Below, one piece after another: positions 28,191 to 38,052 of a stretch of DNA of 64,000 nucleotides (position 1 is its first letter; every line of letters starts with the position of its first letter). Under the pieces are notes generated by a model. It did no database searches. It was not told the origin of the DNA and was given only the letters and a program-made list of their open reading frames with translations. Source of the stretch: a bacterium (lineage in GTDB: Bacteria > Zhuqueibacterota > Zhuqueibacteria > Oleimicrobiales > Geothermoviventaceae); NCBI GenBank assembly GCA_028275345.1, contig JAPWUV010000008.1:140872-204871 (forward strand), read 5' to 3'. Position numbers and translations under genes: made by a program.

Positions 28191-30398
28191 GTGGCCAGGC
28201 AGGCAATCGAAAAGCTCCTCGCAGACCTGAATGACGAGCAACGGCGAGCGGTGGTACACACCGAGGGGCCTGTGCTGGTGCTTGCCGGCGCGGGCAGCGG
28301 GAAGACGCGGGTTTTGACCTACCGGATCGCCTATTTGCTCGCCACCGGGGCCGCTCAGCCGCACGAAATCCTCGCCATGACATTCACGAACAAAGCGGCG
28401 GAGGAGATGAAGCGGCGCGTCGAAGAGCTTCTAGGCGGGGGTCAGACGCCCCGATGGATTGGCACGTTCCACTCCATTTTCGCCCGGATCCTCCGACGCG
28501 AGGCGGAAAGGCTCGGCTTCTCCCGCGATTTCGCCATCTACGATGAGACGGACCAGCTTTCGGTCATCAAGCAGGGCATCCGGGATTTGCAGCTTTCCGA
28601 GAGTGCGGTCGAGCCTAAGGCGGTCCGACATGCCATCAGTCAGGCGAAGAGCGTCCTCATCTTCCCTGACGAGTTCGAGAGAAGAGCCGGTGATCCGTGG
28701 CGACGTGATGTTGTCTCGCCGTTGTACCGGTACTATCAGCGTTTCCTGCGCGAGAACAATGCCCTGGATTTCGACGATCTCTTGGTGAACGCGATCCTGC
28801 TCTTCGAGCAATGCCCCGATGTCCTCCAGTCGTACCAGGAACGCTTCCGCTACATCCTGGTCGACGAGTATCAGGACACGAATCGAGCGCAGTACCTCCT
28901 GCTCAAGCTCCTTTCGTCCCAGCATCGCAACCTTTGTGTGGTGGGCGACGACGATCAGTCCATTTACGGCTGGCGCGGGGCAGACATTCGGAACATCCTC
29001 GATTTCCAGAAGGACTTTCCGGATTGCGCCATTTACCGTTTGGAACGGAATTACCGGTCAACGGAAGTGATCCTGAACGCGGCGAATTCGGTGATTGCCA
29101 AGAACAAGCATCGGTGGGACAAGCGTCTCTGGACCGACCGCGCCGGGGGCGAGAAGGTGACCGTGGTCCACGCCCTCACGGCGGAAGACGAGGCGCGTCG
29201 GGTGGTGGAGCTCATCGAAGCGGAGGTTTATCGTCACAAGCGGGGCTTCAAGGATTTTGCGATCCTCTACCGGACCAACGCCCAATCCCGAGTGTTGGAG
29301 CAAGCGCTTCAACAGGCGGGGATCGCCTACGAGATCGTCGGGGGTGTCCGATTCTTCGAACGGAAGGAAATCAAGGACGTCCTCTCGTACCTTCGGGTGG
29401 TGTGCAATCCGCTGGACACGTTCAGCCTTCGGAGGATCGTCAACTTCCCGCCGCGAGGGATTGGCCAGGTGACCATTGCGCGCCTGGAGGAGGTGGCGCG
29501 GACGCAAGGCATCCCGCTGTTCGAGGCTATGCGACGTGTGGAATCCTTGCCGGAGATCGGAGCTGCCGCCAAGCGTGGGATCCGAAATCTCGTGGAGACC
29601 ATCGAGCGCTTTCATCAGCTCCGCGGGGAGCTCTCGGCGGCGGAAATCGCCACTGCGCTTGTGGACGAGTTGGGCATCCGCCAGCTCTACAAGGAGGCGG
29701 GGACGGAAGAAGCACGGGACCGGCTCAACAACATCGATGAGCTCCTGTACTCGATCGCCATGTTCTGCCGCACGGAGGAGGAAGCGTCTCTCGAGCGCTA
29801 TCTGGAGCAGGTGGCCTTGCTCGCCGACATCGACTCGTGGGACGACCGCGCGAACGCCGTCACCCTAATGACCCTGCACAGCGCCAAAGGGCTCGAGTTC
29901 CCGGTCGTATTCATCACGGGGTTGGAGGAAGGACTATTCCCCTTGCGCACCTCCCTGGAAGGAGATCTGCGGGAGCTGGAGGAAGAGCGGCGCCTCTTTT
30001 ACGTGGGGGCCACACGGGCTAAGGAGAAGCTCTACCTCACCCTTGCCACCTACCGGAGGCGATGGAGCACGGAGGAGGTGCAGAGCCAACCGTCGCGCTT
30101 TCTGCTGGAGATCGACGAACGGTACGTGGAGGTGGAGCGGGCGGAATCCTTCGGTCGCAGAGGGGGTTTGCGCTACGCCGCGAGGAGGGAAGAGTTCGAA
30201 CCGGTGGTGCGCTACGACGGAGGATCGCCCGGGGCGAGTCCGTTTTTTGAAGGCAGGCGGGTCCGACATCCTTCTTTCGGAGAAGGCATCATCCTGAGGG
30301 TGAGCGGACAAGGCGAGCGGATGCGCCTGACCATCCTTTTCGACGAATTCGGAGAAAAAACGCTGGTGCTCAAATATGCGCCGATTCAGCCTTTGTAA
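28191..30398 (+). CDS. ATP-dependent DNA helicase, UvrD/PcrA family
   Basis: Walker A AGAGSGKT, TFHS, DEYQDTN, VGDDDQSIYGWRGA, YRSN-like NYRST, LMTLHSAKGLEFP, YVGATRA. GTG at 28191 directly follows the mltG stop. The ORF is open upstream to 28074. Confidence 0.9.
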   Translation: MARQAIEKLLADLNDEQRRAVVHTEGPVLVLAGAGSGKTRVLTYRIAYLLATGAAQPHEILAMTFTNKAAEEMKRRVEELLGGGQTPRWIGTFHSIFARILRREAERLGFSRDFAIYDETDQLSVIKQGIRDLQLSESAVEPKAVRHAISQAKSVLIFPDEFERRAGDPWRRDVVSPLYRYYQRFLRENNALDFDDLLVNAILLFEQCPDVLQSYQERFRYILVDEYQDTNRAQYLLLKLLSSQHRNLCVVGDDDQSIYGWRGADIRNILDFQKDFPDCAIYRLERNYRSTEVILNAANSVIAKNKHRWDKRLWTDRAGGEKVTVVHALTAEDEARRVVELIEAEVYRHKRGFKDFAILYRTNAQSRVLEQALQQAGIAYEIVGGVRFFERKEIKDVLSYLRVVCNPLDTFSLRRIVNFPPRGIGQVTIARLEEVARTQGIPLFEAMRRVESLPEIGAAAKRGIRNLVETIERFHQLRGELSAAEIATALVDELGIRQLYKEAGTEEARDRLNNIDELLYSIAMFCRTEEEASLERYLEQVALLADIDSWDDRANAVTLMTLHSAKGLEFPVVFITGLEEGLFPLRTSLEGDLRELEEERRLFYVGATRAKEKLYLTLATYRRRWSTEEVQSQPSRFLLEIDERYVEVERAESFGRRGGLRYAARREEFEPVVRYDGGSPGASPFFEGRRVRHPSFGEGIILRVSGQGERMRLTILFDEFGEKTLVLKYAPIQPL

Positions 30399-33300
30399 GA
30401 GGATGCTGCTGGTCCTCTGGCTGGGACTGGCCTCGGGAGCCGGGACGATTGCCCTGCATGCCCAGGTCTCGGTTGAGAAAGAGGACTACGAGTATGCGCG
30501 ACGTCTGTACAACGATCGACTGTTTGAGATCGCAGGTGGCCAGTTCCTGTCTTTCGTCGACCGCTATCCCAATAGTCCTTTCGCGGCGGAATGTCTGTTC
30601 CTGGCCGGGGAGTCGTGGCGGCAGGCGGGGAAGTTGCAGCGGGCAGCCAGCGTCTACTCCCGCGTGATCGTGGAATACCCCAATTCGCCGTATGTTGCCG
30701 ATGCGCTGTTCGCGCTGGCTTCGGTTCACGAGGCTACGGGTGACCTTTCTTCGGCGGCGCTTTCGCTGGAGAGGGTCCCGCTCCTGGCTCCTCAAAGCCC
30801 GAGGACGGCAGAGGCGTACCTCAAGGCTGGTGTGCTCCACAGGCGGGCGGGCAATCTTGTGGAGTCCGCCCTGAATTTGCAGCGATGTCTCGAAGACCCT
30901 CGAGGCGAAGGGCTCCGGGATCAGGCACGGCTGGAGCTGGCACGCACCCGTCTTGCACAAGGCCGGACAGATTTGGCCATCTCTTTACTGAACGAGTTCA
31001 CGAACCGGCAGCGCATCGACAGCCTCACCGCCTGCGGCCTTTTGGAACTGGCCGCAGTTGAAGCGAAGGTCCTGAATTTCGACCGAGCCGACGAGCTGTA
31101 TGGCAAGGTACAAGGATCCGCATCCAGCGGCAGCCTAAAGTACCAAGCACTGTTGGGGCGAGCCCGGACCGCCGCCGATCGGGGGGATTGGCACCACACG
31201 GAGGGCTGGAGTCGGGAGGTCCTCAAGGATGTGTCGGTGCCGGACAGCGTGCGGTGGCGCGCACGATGTCTCCTCGCCACCGCACTGGCGCGCCAGGGCA
31301 TGGAGGAGCAGGCGTTGAAGACGCTTGACGGCCAGCTGAGTGGCCTGCCACCGGCTGGCAAGAAGAGCGTGCTTCTGGCTCGCCTTCTCGTGGCGGAAGC
31401 CCTGAGGGATGGAAAAGCAATTCAATCCAGTGGCAACGAGCTTCTGGAACTCGCAACGTCCGACTCGGCCGGCCAGCAGTGGACGGCGCTCTCGCTGGTC
31501 TACCTGCTTCGCCATTCCGCCGAGCCGGAGGTTGTGACGAAGGCGCTCGAACTGGCGCGCCGCTGGCCGCAGGCGGATTCGGCCCTGGGATTGACCGCCC
31601 TAGTGGCGCAGTCCCTCGCGCAAATGCCGGGGGGAAGGGTCCGGGCTGAGGCCCTGCTCTCGGATTTCCTGTTGCGCCATCCGACTTCCCCTCACGCGGA
31701 TGATGCCCAGTACGCCCTGGCCCGCATGCTGTTGAGGGAGGGACGAACAGCTCAAGCCTGGGAAGAATTGATCCGCTTTCTCCGCAGTTTCCCGGAATCG
31801 GAATGGGAGGAGGAGGCACGGGCCCTTCTCGACTCCCTGAGAGTCACCGTTCCGATGCCCTCACCGGCTGCTCTTGGGCTTTCGGTGCGGACGGCCCTGG
31901 CGCTGGCTTCGGGTCAAGCGCTGCAGGGACGGCTGCTCCAGATGGCCGAGGTGGCTCTGGACGTGGCCAAGGATTACGGTCTGGCGGCAGCTCTGGCCAA
32001 GAAGGCCATGGACGGCAGCCCGAATCCGGAGGAATTCCGGCGAGCTTCCCGGCTCTTGGCCGATGCCCACCTGATGCAGTCCCTGGCTTGTCAGCTGACG
32101 GGCGAGTCGCGGCTTGGGGCAGGATACGCCGACAGCGCCCGGATCGTCCTGGAACGATTGCGGGGTGCGGAACCGGGGCTTTTCGACTGCGAGATGCGGG
32201 CGCGGTACGCACGAGCGATCGTGCGAGGGAGCGCCGACGCCTTCACGAAACTGGACGCGCTGACGCAACTGGCTCAGGCGGGAGGGGACAGCGGGGTGGA
32301 TTCTAGCTGCCTGGAGGTACTCTGGACTTTCGCAGCCACGCTGTGGGAGGCCTCCGATCGGGGTAGGAACAAGAGCGTGGCCAGCCGGGCGGGCTCCTTG
32401 GCGGAAATCGCGTCGAAATCAGGAGAGGATAGCCTCGCCTCGGAGGCCCTCGGTTTGGCGATCCAGGCCGCTCTAGCTGTCGGGGATACCGCCAAAGGTA
32501 TGCAGCTGATGGCCCGCTATCTGGACCGCTTCGGGCCGAATGCGTCGAGGTGGGGATGGGTCGCCGTTCAATACAGCCGGGCGCTTGCCGGGCAAGGCGA
32601 GTTCGAGCGTGCCGCGCGGCTACTTTCGCAGGTAGTACGCAGCCGTTCCTATTCGGCCTTGGCGGAGGAGGCACGCACGGAGCTCGGGCGCTGCCTCGTG
32701 CGGATGCGCCGCTATGACGAGGCGCTAGAAGTTCTCCGCCGACAGTGGACGCCCCTCCCGGCCGATCTTTGGGAACCAGGCATTGGCTTGCTCTTTCCCG
32801 TCGCGACGGTCTCGTGTAGCCGGGCGCTGGCCGAGGCGGAAGCCCTGGCTTCCCTCAACCGGAGGCGAGAAGCGGTGCAGGTGCTGGCCCAAGCTCGAGC
32901 GAACCTGAGGGAGGCGGACACAGACTGTCTCAGCTCCCTGCTCACGCAAGAGGCCACCTTGCTGACCGGTGCGGGCAACTGGCTCGGGGCCTGCTTCGTG
33001 CTTGAACAGCTGTACAGCAATCCCTCCCTCCCCGCCAGCTCCCGGGAACGGGCCGGCGCCGAATGGCTGCGCTTGCTGTTCGAGCACGGGGACTACGCGA
33101 AGGCGATGGACCTGGGCGAGCGATTGTGGTCGGAGAGCCAGAATAGGGATGTCGCACGCCAGGCGGCTGAAGTGGCGATTGTCGCCGCTTTTCGTCTCGA
33201 CCGCGCGGAGAAGGCTCGGGCTTGGGCTACCCGCTTCGAACAACAATTCGGTAAGGGTCGAGAGATAGCGGAGCCGCGCGCACGTTTCTTGCTCGAGGAA

Positions 33301-34137
33301 GGAGAATTCTACTTTCGGCAGAAGGATTTTGATAAGGCGCTGAAAGCGTTCGAACGCGCCGCGAACGACTTTCGCCAGACCGAGTGGGGCAGGCGGGCGG
33401 AGTTCGCCATCGCGAAAACCCACCTCACCCTCAACCATACGGATAAGGCTCTGGAAATCCTCACGAACCTGCCGCAAAAGTATCCGAATTCCGAGGTAGC
33501 TCGTCTCGCCTATCTGAATCTCGGCGTCTTCTATCATCAGAACAAGCAGCTCGGCAACGCCATTCTGGCTTTGGGGCAGGTCGTCGATGATTCCCTGCGC
33601 GCGGAACCGAGCACGCTGCAGTCGGCCTTGAGGGAACTCATCCGTTGTCTCGACGAAGCCGGCATGTGGGATCGCGAGTTGGCACTGCTGCGATATTACA
33701 TTCGTCGCTTCCCGGAGGCTGAGGATCTTTTCGATCGCCAGGTTCAGGTGGGCACCGCTTTGCTCCGACTCAACGAGTACGACCAGGCGATCGGTCATCT
33801 CAAGCGTCTACTGCCGCAGGCGGACAAGGAGACGAAAGCGGAGGTACAGTACTGGATCGGCAAGGCGTACCTGAGCAAGGGGGACTTGGAGACGGGCATA
33901 GCCGAGATGCTGAAGGTGAAGTACGCTTGTCCACCCACAGAGCTTCCTTGGGACGTCACCGCGCTGTTTGAGGCGGGTCTGGCTTACATGAGACTCGGCG
34001 AATGGGACCGGGCCGAAAGCCTGTTCCAGCAAGTGGTGAAGGAGCGCGGCTCCGGTTCGAATTTCGGCAGGAGCGCACTCCAACGCATCCAGGAAATCCA
34101 GAGCCTGCGGAAGGGTGCGAGGGCTCGTGTTCTTTGA
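30376..34137 (+). CDS. Large secreted/periplasmic tetratricopeptide-repeat protein (1253 aa)
   Basis: Signal peptide (MLLVLWLGLASGAGTIALHA). Repeated YbgF/TPR-like units (..YPNSPFAAECLFLAGES.., ..YPNSPYVADALFALA.., ..YPNSEVARLAYLNLG..). Confidence 0.8.
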   Translation: MRRFSLCKRMLLVLWLGLASGAGTIALHAQVSVEKEDYEYARRLYNDRLFEIAGGQFLSFVDRYPNSPFAAECLFLAGESWRQAGKLQRAASVYSRVIVEYPNSPYVADALFALASVHEATGDLSSAALSLERVPLLAPQSPRTAEAYLKAGVLHRRAGNLVESALNLQRCLEDPRGEGLRDQARLELARTRLAQGRTDLAISLLNEFTNRQRIDSLTACGLLELAAVEAKVLNFDRADELYGKVQGSASSGSLKYQALLGRARTAADRGDWHHTEGWSREVLKDVSVPDSVRWRARCLLATALARQGMEEQALKTLDGQLSGLPPAGKKSVLLARLLVAEALRDGKAIQSSGNELLELATSDSAGQQWTALSLVYLLRHSAEPEVVTKALELARRWPQADSALGLTALVAQSLAQMPGGRVRAEALLSDFLLRHPTSPHADDAQYALARMLLREGRTAQAWEELIRFLRSFPESEWEEEARALLDSLRVTVPMPSPAALGLSVRTALALASGQALQGRLLQMAEVALDVAKDYGLAAALAKKAMDGSPNPEEFRRASRLLADAHLMQSLACQLTGESRLGAGYADSARIVLERLRGAEPGLFDCEMRARYARAIVRGSADAFTKLDALTQLAQAGGDSGVDSSCLEVLWTFAATLWEASDRGRNKSVASRAGSLAEIASKSGEDSLASEALGLAIQAALAVGDTAKGMQLMARYLDRFGPNASRWGWVAVQYSRALAGQGEFERAARLLSQVVRSRSYSALAEEARTELGRCLVRMRRYDEALEVLRRQWTPLPADLWEPGIGLLFPVATVSCSRALAEAEALASLNRRREAVQVLAQARANLREADTDCLSSLLTQEATLLTGAGNWLGACFVLEQLYSNPSLPASSRERAGAEWLRLLFEHGDYAKAMDLGERLWSESQNRDVARQAAEVAIVAAFRLDRAEKARAWATRFEQQFGKGREIAEPRARFLLEEGEFYFRQKDFDKALKAFERAANDFRQTEWGRRAEFAIAKTHLTLNHTDKALEILTNLPQKYPNSEVARLAYLNLGVFYHQNKQLGNAILALGQVVDDSLRAEPSTLQSALRELIRCLDEAGMWDRELALLRYYIRRFPEAEDLFDRQVQVGTALLRLNEYDQAIGHLKRLLPQADKETKAEVQYWIGKAYLSKGDLETGIAEMLKVKYACPPTELPWDVTALFEAGLAYMRLGEWDRAESLFQQVVKERGSGSNFGRSALQRIQEIQSLRKGARARVL

Positions 34138-34164
34138 TTGGGCGATCCCTGCCCCGGTTTCTGC

Positions 34165-34194
34165 TTGCTTAAGAGAGGGGATCTTGCGTATATT
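34165..34194 (+). promoter_or_regulatory. Sigma70-like promoter candidate (TTGCTT-18 nt-TATATT)
   Basis: -35 at 34165-34170, -10 TATATT at 34189-34194 followed by CGG, as at the other candidate promoters in the window. Confidence 0.45.
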
Positions 34195-34312
34195 CGGACC
34201 ATAGCAGGCGGAGAAACTTGGAAACCCGAGCGGGCATGCGGCAAGGATTTCGGGAAAATGTGCCGGAGAGCTAAGAATCGCAAGGATTCGGATAGATCCT
34301 TCCCTCCTGTGT

Positions 34313-34342
34313 AGGTGCATCGATCTCCCGATGCACCTTTTT
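34313..34342 (+). terminator. Rho-independent terminator/attenuator hairpin
   Basis: A-GGTGCATCG-atctcc-CGATGCACC-TTTTT, a perfect 9-bp GC-rich stem plus T run. It lies between the 34165 promoter and the zinc-ribbon CDS. Confidence 0.6.
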
Positions 34343-34392
34343 CGTACCGGTTCGTATTGGCGCTCGACAAACAGAGGGTGGGAGAGGAGAGA

Positions 34393-35118
34393 TTGAACAC
34401 GCAGCTCCGGATTCTGGTTCAGCTCCAAGAGGTGGACAGTGAGATCCAACGGCTCGAGGCCACCAAAGGCGATCTCCCCCAGAGGGCCAGTGCGCTCCGC
34501 GGGCGGAAGGAAGCGCTGGAGGTCAAAGCCTCGGAGCTCAGGAAGGACCTCGAGCAAGCCAAACGAGATCGCGCCCAAGCCGAGACCGACTTCGATCTGC
34601 TGAAGGAGCAGAAGGCGAAGTATCAGAAGCAGCTCTTGTCGGTGCGGAACAATCGGGAGTACGATGCGGTGACGGCCGAAATCGAAGCGGCGGAAAAGGG
34701 GCTGGATCAACTGGAGAGCAGGATCATCGAGCTACTGGACGCGGAAGGTCGGTATCAATCGGAGCTGGAAAAGACGGAGAAGGAGCTCTCCGAAGTCAGT
34801 GCCGAGCTCGAGCAGGTGGAGAAGGCTTTGGCTGAGAAGGCGGCGCAAGTGGAGGCGCAGCTTCGGGAATTGTCGAACCGGCGGGAGAGACTCTTGTTGC
34901 AAGTGGAGCGGCCGCTCCTTTCCAGCTACGAGCGCATTCGGAAGGCGAAGGGAGGGCTGGCGGTGGTGCCCGTGGCGCGTGGGGCCTGCGGGGGATGTTT
35001 CACCCAGATCCCGGCGCAGCGGGCTCTGGAGATTCGCGCGGGCGATCGCATCTTCACCTGCGAGGTTTGCGGCCGCTATCTCTATTGGAAAGACGATACC
35101 TATTCCGGGTCGCGATAA
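34393..35118 (+). CDS. Coiled-coil C4 zinc-ribbon protein (COG1579/DUF164-type)
   Basis: Long coiled coil (LQEVDSEIQRLE.., NNREYDAVTAEIE..) ending in CGGC...CEVCGR. TTG at 34393 with GGAGAGGAG RBS gives a family-like N-terminus. The ORF-track GTG start at 34315 sits inside the terminator stem. Confidence 0.8.
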   Translation: MNTQLRILVQLQEVDSEIQRLEATKGDLPQRASALRGRKEALEVKASELRKDLEQAKRDRAQAETDFDLLKEQKAKYQKQLLSVRNNREYDAVTAEIEAAEKGLDQLESRIIELLDAEGRYQSELEKTEKELSEVSAELEQVEKALAEKAAQVEAQLRELSNRRERLLLQVERPLLSSYERIRKAKGGLAVVPVARGACGGCFTQIPAQRALEIRAGDRIFTCEVCGRYLYWKDDTYSGSR

Positions 35119-35168
35119 CTTTCCGGGAACCCATCGCGCTTGGCCTTCGTTGAGGGGAATGGATTTCG

Positions 35169-35561
35169 GCTTCGCAGGGTGGGCCGGACGGTCGCGTCGT
35201 GGCCGCGGTGGCGGCGCACGGCGAGGAAAGTCCGAACTCCGCAGGGCAGGGTGGTCGGTAACACCGACCCGCCGTAAGGCGGGGAAAGTGCCACAGAAAA
35301 CAAACCGCCCCGACGGCTGCGTTCGGGGTAAGGGTGAAACGGTGGGGTAAGAGCCCACCGCTCCGGCGGCGACGTCGGAGGCACGGCAAACCCCACCCGG
35401 AGCAAGGCCAAATAGGAGGGGATGGACTGGCCCGGTCCGCTTGACCCTCGGGTAGGCCGCTCGATCCCGGTGGCAACATCGGGACCAGATAGATGACCGT
35501 CTCGGCTCCGCTGAAACGCGGGGCTCAGACAGAATTCGGCTTACAGGCCCACCCACGAAGC
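35169..35561 (+). ncRNA. rnpB: RNase P RNA, bacterial type A
   Basis: Universally conserved blocks GAGGAAAGTCCG, CACAGAAAACAAACC, GGTAAGGGTGAAA, GTAAGAGCCCACC, AGCAAGGCCAAATAGG and ACAGAATTCGGCTTAC. P1 pairing is GCTTCG..GGGTGGGCC (35169-35185) with GGCCCACCC.CGAAGC (35546-35561). Confidence 0.93.
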
Positions 35562-35614
35562 CTTTTGCGACTCTGCCTCGAGAGTCGCATCCAGTTCTTT
35601 GATGAGGTTTGTCA

Positions 35615-37312
35615 ATGCGCCACAAGTGGACTCTCCTCGACACCCACCCCCCGGAGGAAGTCCGGCGACTATCCCAAGAGCTCAATATCCCCCCTGTGAT
35701 CGCCAAGATCCTTCTGAATCGAGGCATCCGAAGCTACGAGGAGGCGAAGACCTTCTTCCGGCCCGAGCTTTCCTCGCTGCATGATCCTTTCTTGCTCCCG
35801 GACATGGACGCCGCCTGCCAGTTGGTGCTGGAGGCGATCCGGAGCAAGAAGCCCGTGCTGGTCTATGGCGACTATGATGTGGACGGGATCACCGGAATCG
35901 CGCTCCTGTACCGCTTCCTGCTACGCTACGGCGTCCCGGTTTGGTACTATGTCCCGGATCGCTTCACGGAAGGCTACGGATTGTCAGAAAGAGGGGTTCG
36001 GGAGGCGGCAGCCCGGGGCGCCAGCTTGCTGATCACGGTGGACTGCGGTGTGACTGCCGTGGAGGAGGTGGAGCTGGCTCGCCATCTGGGGATCGACGTG
36101 ATCGTGACGGATCACCATCAGCCTGGGGACCGTCTTCCTCCAGCCAACGCCGTAGTGGTTCCGAAGCGCCCCGATTCAGTCTATCCCTGTGCGGAATTGG
36201 CTGGGGCAGGCGTGGTTTTCAAGCTGATGCAGGCCGTTGTGGGACGGATGCGCCTGTCGGCCGAGATCCTTTCCGACGCGCTTGAGCTGGTTGCGGTGGG
36301 GACTGCTGCGGACATCGTCCCGCTCATCGGGGAGAATCGGACCCTTGTGAAGATGGGCCTGGAGCGTCTTCCTCACAGCCGAGTGCCGGGCTTAAGAGCG
36401 CTTCTGGAGGTGAGCGGGCTCAAGGCGCGGGAGATTTCCACGAGCCACGTGGTCTTCATCCTGGCGCCGCGCATCAATGCCGTGGGGCGGATGGGGGACG
36501 CTTCCCGCGCCGTGGAGCTTCTCATCACACCCGATGCCCGTCGGGCTCGCGAGATCGCCGTGGTCCTCGAGTCGGAGAACCGCCAGCGACGCAGTGTCGA
36601 CGAGGAGACATTCCGGGAAGCGGACGCGCTGGTGGAGGATGAATTCGACCTGGATGTGGACCGGGTCCTTGTGCTGGCAATGGAGGGCTGGCACCCAGGC
36701 GTGATCGGGATCGTTGCCTCGCGGCTTGTCGAGCGCTACTACAGGCCCACCGCGATGATCGCCCTGGAGAACGGGATCGGGCGGGGTTCGGCGCGAAGCA
36801 TCCCCGAATTCGACATCTACGCCGCGCTCAGGCAATGTGAGGACCTGCTTCTGCGCTACGGCGGGCACCGGCATGCGGCGGGGTTCCTCATCGAGGAGGA
36901 GAAGATCCCGGCCTTCCGGCAGCGTCTGAACGAAATCGCAGCAAAGCAGCTTTCCGCCTCTGCTCTGGTGCCTTCGCTGCGCATCGACGCGGAGCTGGAT
37001 CTGGAGCAGGTCGACGGTCGGTTCTACCGGCTGCTCAAGTTGTTTGAGCCGTTCGGACCCCAGAACATGCGCCCCGTCTTCGTGTCGCGAAACCTGCAGC
37101 TAGTTGGTGTCCCCACCGTCACGGCTGGCAATCACCTGAGGTTTCAGGTAAGGGGGAAAACGAAGACCTTCCCAGCCATCGGTTTCGGAATGGGCGACCG
37201 CATCGCCGAACTTACCCCGGGAAGGCGGGACCTGGCGTTAGCCTACGTGATCGATGAGGATGATTACCAGGGCGTGCGAACGCTGCAACTACGCGTCAAG
37301 GACTTGGGATAG
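35615..37312 (+). CDS. recJ: Single-stranded-DNA-specific exonuclease RecJ
   Basis: DHH-family motifs DYDVDGITG, TVDCG, VTDHHQP, GGHRHAAG. ATG at 35615 with GAGG RBS (TTG at 35609 also in frame). Confidence 0.92.
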   Translation: MRHKWTLLDTHPPEEVRRLSQELNIPPVIAKILLNRGIRSYEEAKTFFRPELSSLHDPFLLPDMDAACQLVLEAIRSKKPVLVYGDYDVDGITGIALLYRFLLRYGVPVWYYVPDRFTEGYGLSERGVREAAARGASLLITVDCGVTAVEEVELARHLGIDVIVTDHHQPGDRLPPANAVVVPKRPDSVYPCAELAGAGVVFKLMQAVVGRMRLSAEILSDALELVAVGTAADIVPLIGENRTLVKMGLERLPHSRVPGLRALLEVSGLKAREISTSHVVFILAPRINAVGRMGDASRAVELLITPDARRAREIAVVLESENRQRRSVDEETFREADALVEDEFDLDVDRVLVLAMEGWHPGVIGIVASRLVERYYRPTAMIALENGIGRGSARSIPEFDIYAALRQCEDLLLRYGGHRHAAGFLIEEEKIPAFRQRLNEIAAKQLSASALVPSLRIDAELDLEQVDGRFYRLLKLFEPFGPQNMRPVFVSRNLQLVGVPTVTAGNHLRFQVRGKTKTFPAIGFGMGDRIAELTPGRRDLALAYVIDEDDYQGVRTLQLRVKDLG

Positions 37313-37473
37313 CCGGGTGCCCGGGCATGAAGAAGCGCCTTTCCGAGCGACATGACCCACGGGGCTGTGGCTCTCGCAGGCGGAGTTGCACCGAATGCGA
37401 CGCATCGGCGCATTGCCGCAGTGCGGCGCGGAGATGAAGCGAGGGTGGGTGAAGTGAGGGAACGGGCAGAGAG

Positions 37474-38052
37474 ATGAATTTCGAATCCGGAGCTTCCCAG
37501 GAGTTCCCTTTTCCCCCGAAATCAAGAAGGGCGGCCAGGGAGCTGGCGCTCCAGGTCCTTTACGCGCTTGAGTTTCGCCCGGAAGAGGACCCGGTTCGCA
37601 TGTATCACGACGTCGTCTTTGAATTCGCGCGGGAAGATGCGGATAGCCCCTTCGCAAGGGAGCTCGTGCTGAAGACCTTTCAACACCGTGGAGAGCTGGA
37701 CAGTCTCATCGAGACGAAGAGCGCCAATTGGGACCTCGAGCGCATGGCGGTGGTGGATCGCCTGATCCTGCGGATGGCCCTGTGCGAGTTTCTCTATTTC
37801 CCTGACATTCCCCCCAAGGTTTCCATCGATGAGGCGATCGAGATCGCCAAACGCTTCAGTACCGAGAAGAGTGGCAAGTTTGTCAATGGCATCCTCGATT
37901 CCCTTTTCGTGGATCTGCGAAATTCGGGACGAATCTTCAAGAGCGGACGCGGATTGATCGAGAAGTCCATTGAGGAGCTCAAGGAAGGGGGCCAGAGCCA
38001 TTTGCCGGAGGAAGGAGGGTCTGCGGGGGCTTCCGACGAGCCGGAAATGTGA
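37474..38052 (+). CDS. nusB: Transcription antitermination factor NusB (with N- and C-terminal extensions)
   Basis: RRAARELALQVLY, DRLILRMALCEFLYFPDIPPKVSIDEAIEIAKRFS..SGKFVNGILD. Confidence 0.88.
   Translation: MNFESGASQEFPFPPKSRRAARELALQVLYALEFRPEEDPVRMYHDVVFEFAREDADSPFARELVLKTFQHRGELDSLIETKSANWDLERMAVVDRLILRMALCEFLYFPDIPPKVSIDEAIEIAKRFSTEKSGKFVNGILDSLFVDLRNSGRIFKSGRGLIEKSIEELKEGGQSHLPEEGGSAGASDEPEM

Noticed and set aside
34315-34392. ORF-track GTG start at 34315 for the zinc-ribbon protein
   Set aside because: The first 9 codons would be the terminator stem-loop itself, with no RBS. TTG at 34393 has a GGAGAGGAG RBS and yields a family-typical N-terminus (xNTQLRILVQLQEVDSEI).
34732-35727. 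331-aa minus-strand ORF, plus + strand ORFs 34799-35350 and 35493-35699
   Set aside because: They overlap the RNase P RNA gene and the zinc-ribbon CDS. The region is explained by rnpB, whose conserved blocks and P1 pairing are present.
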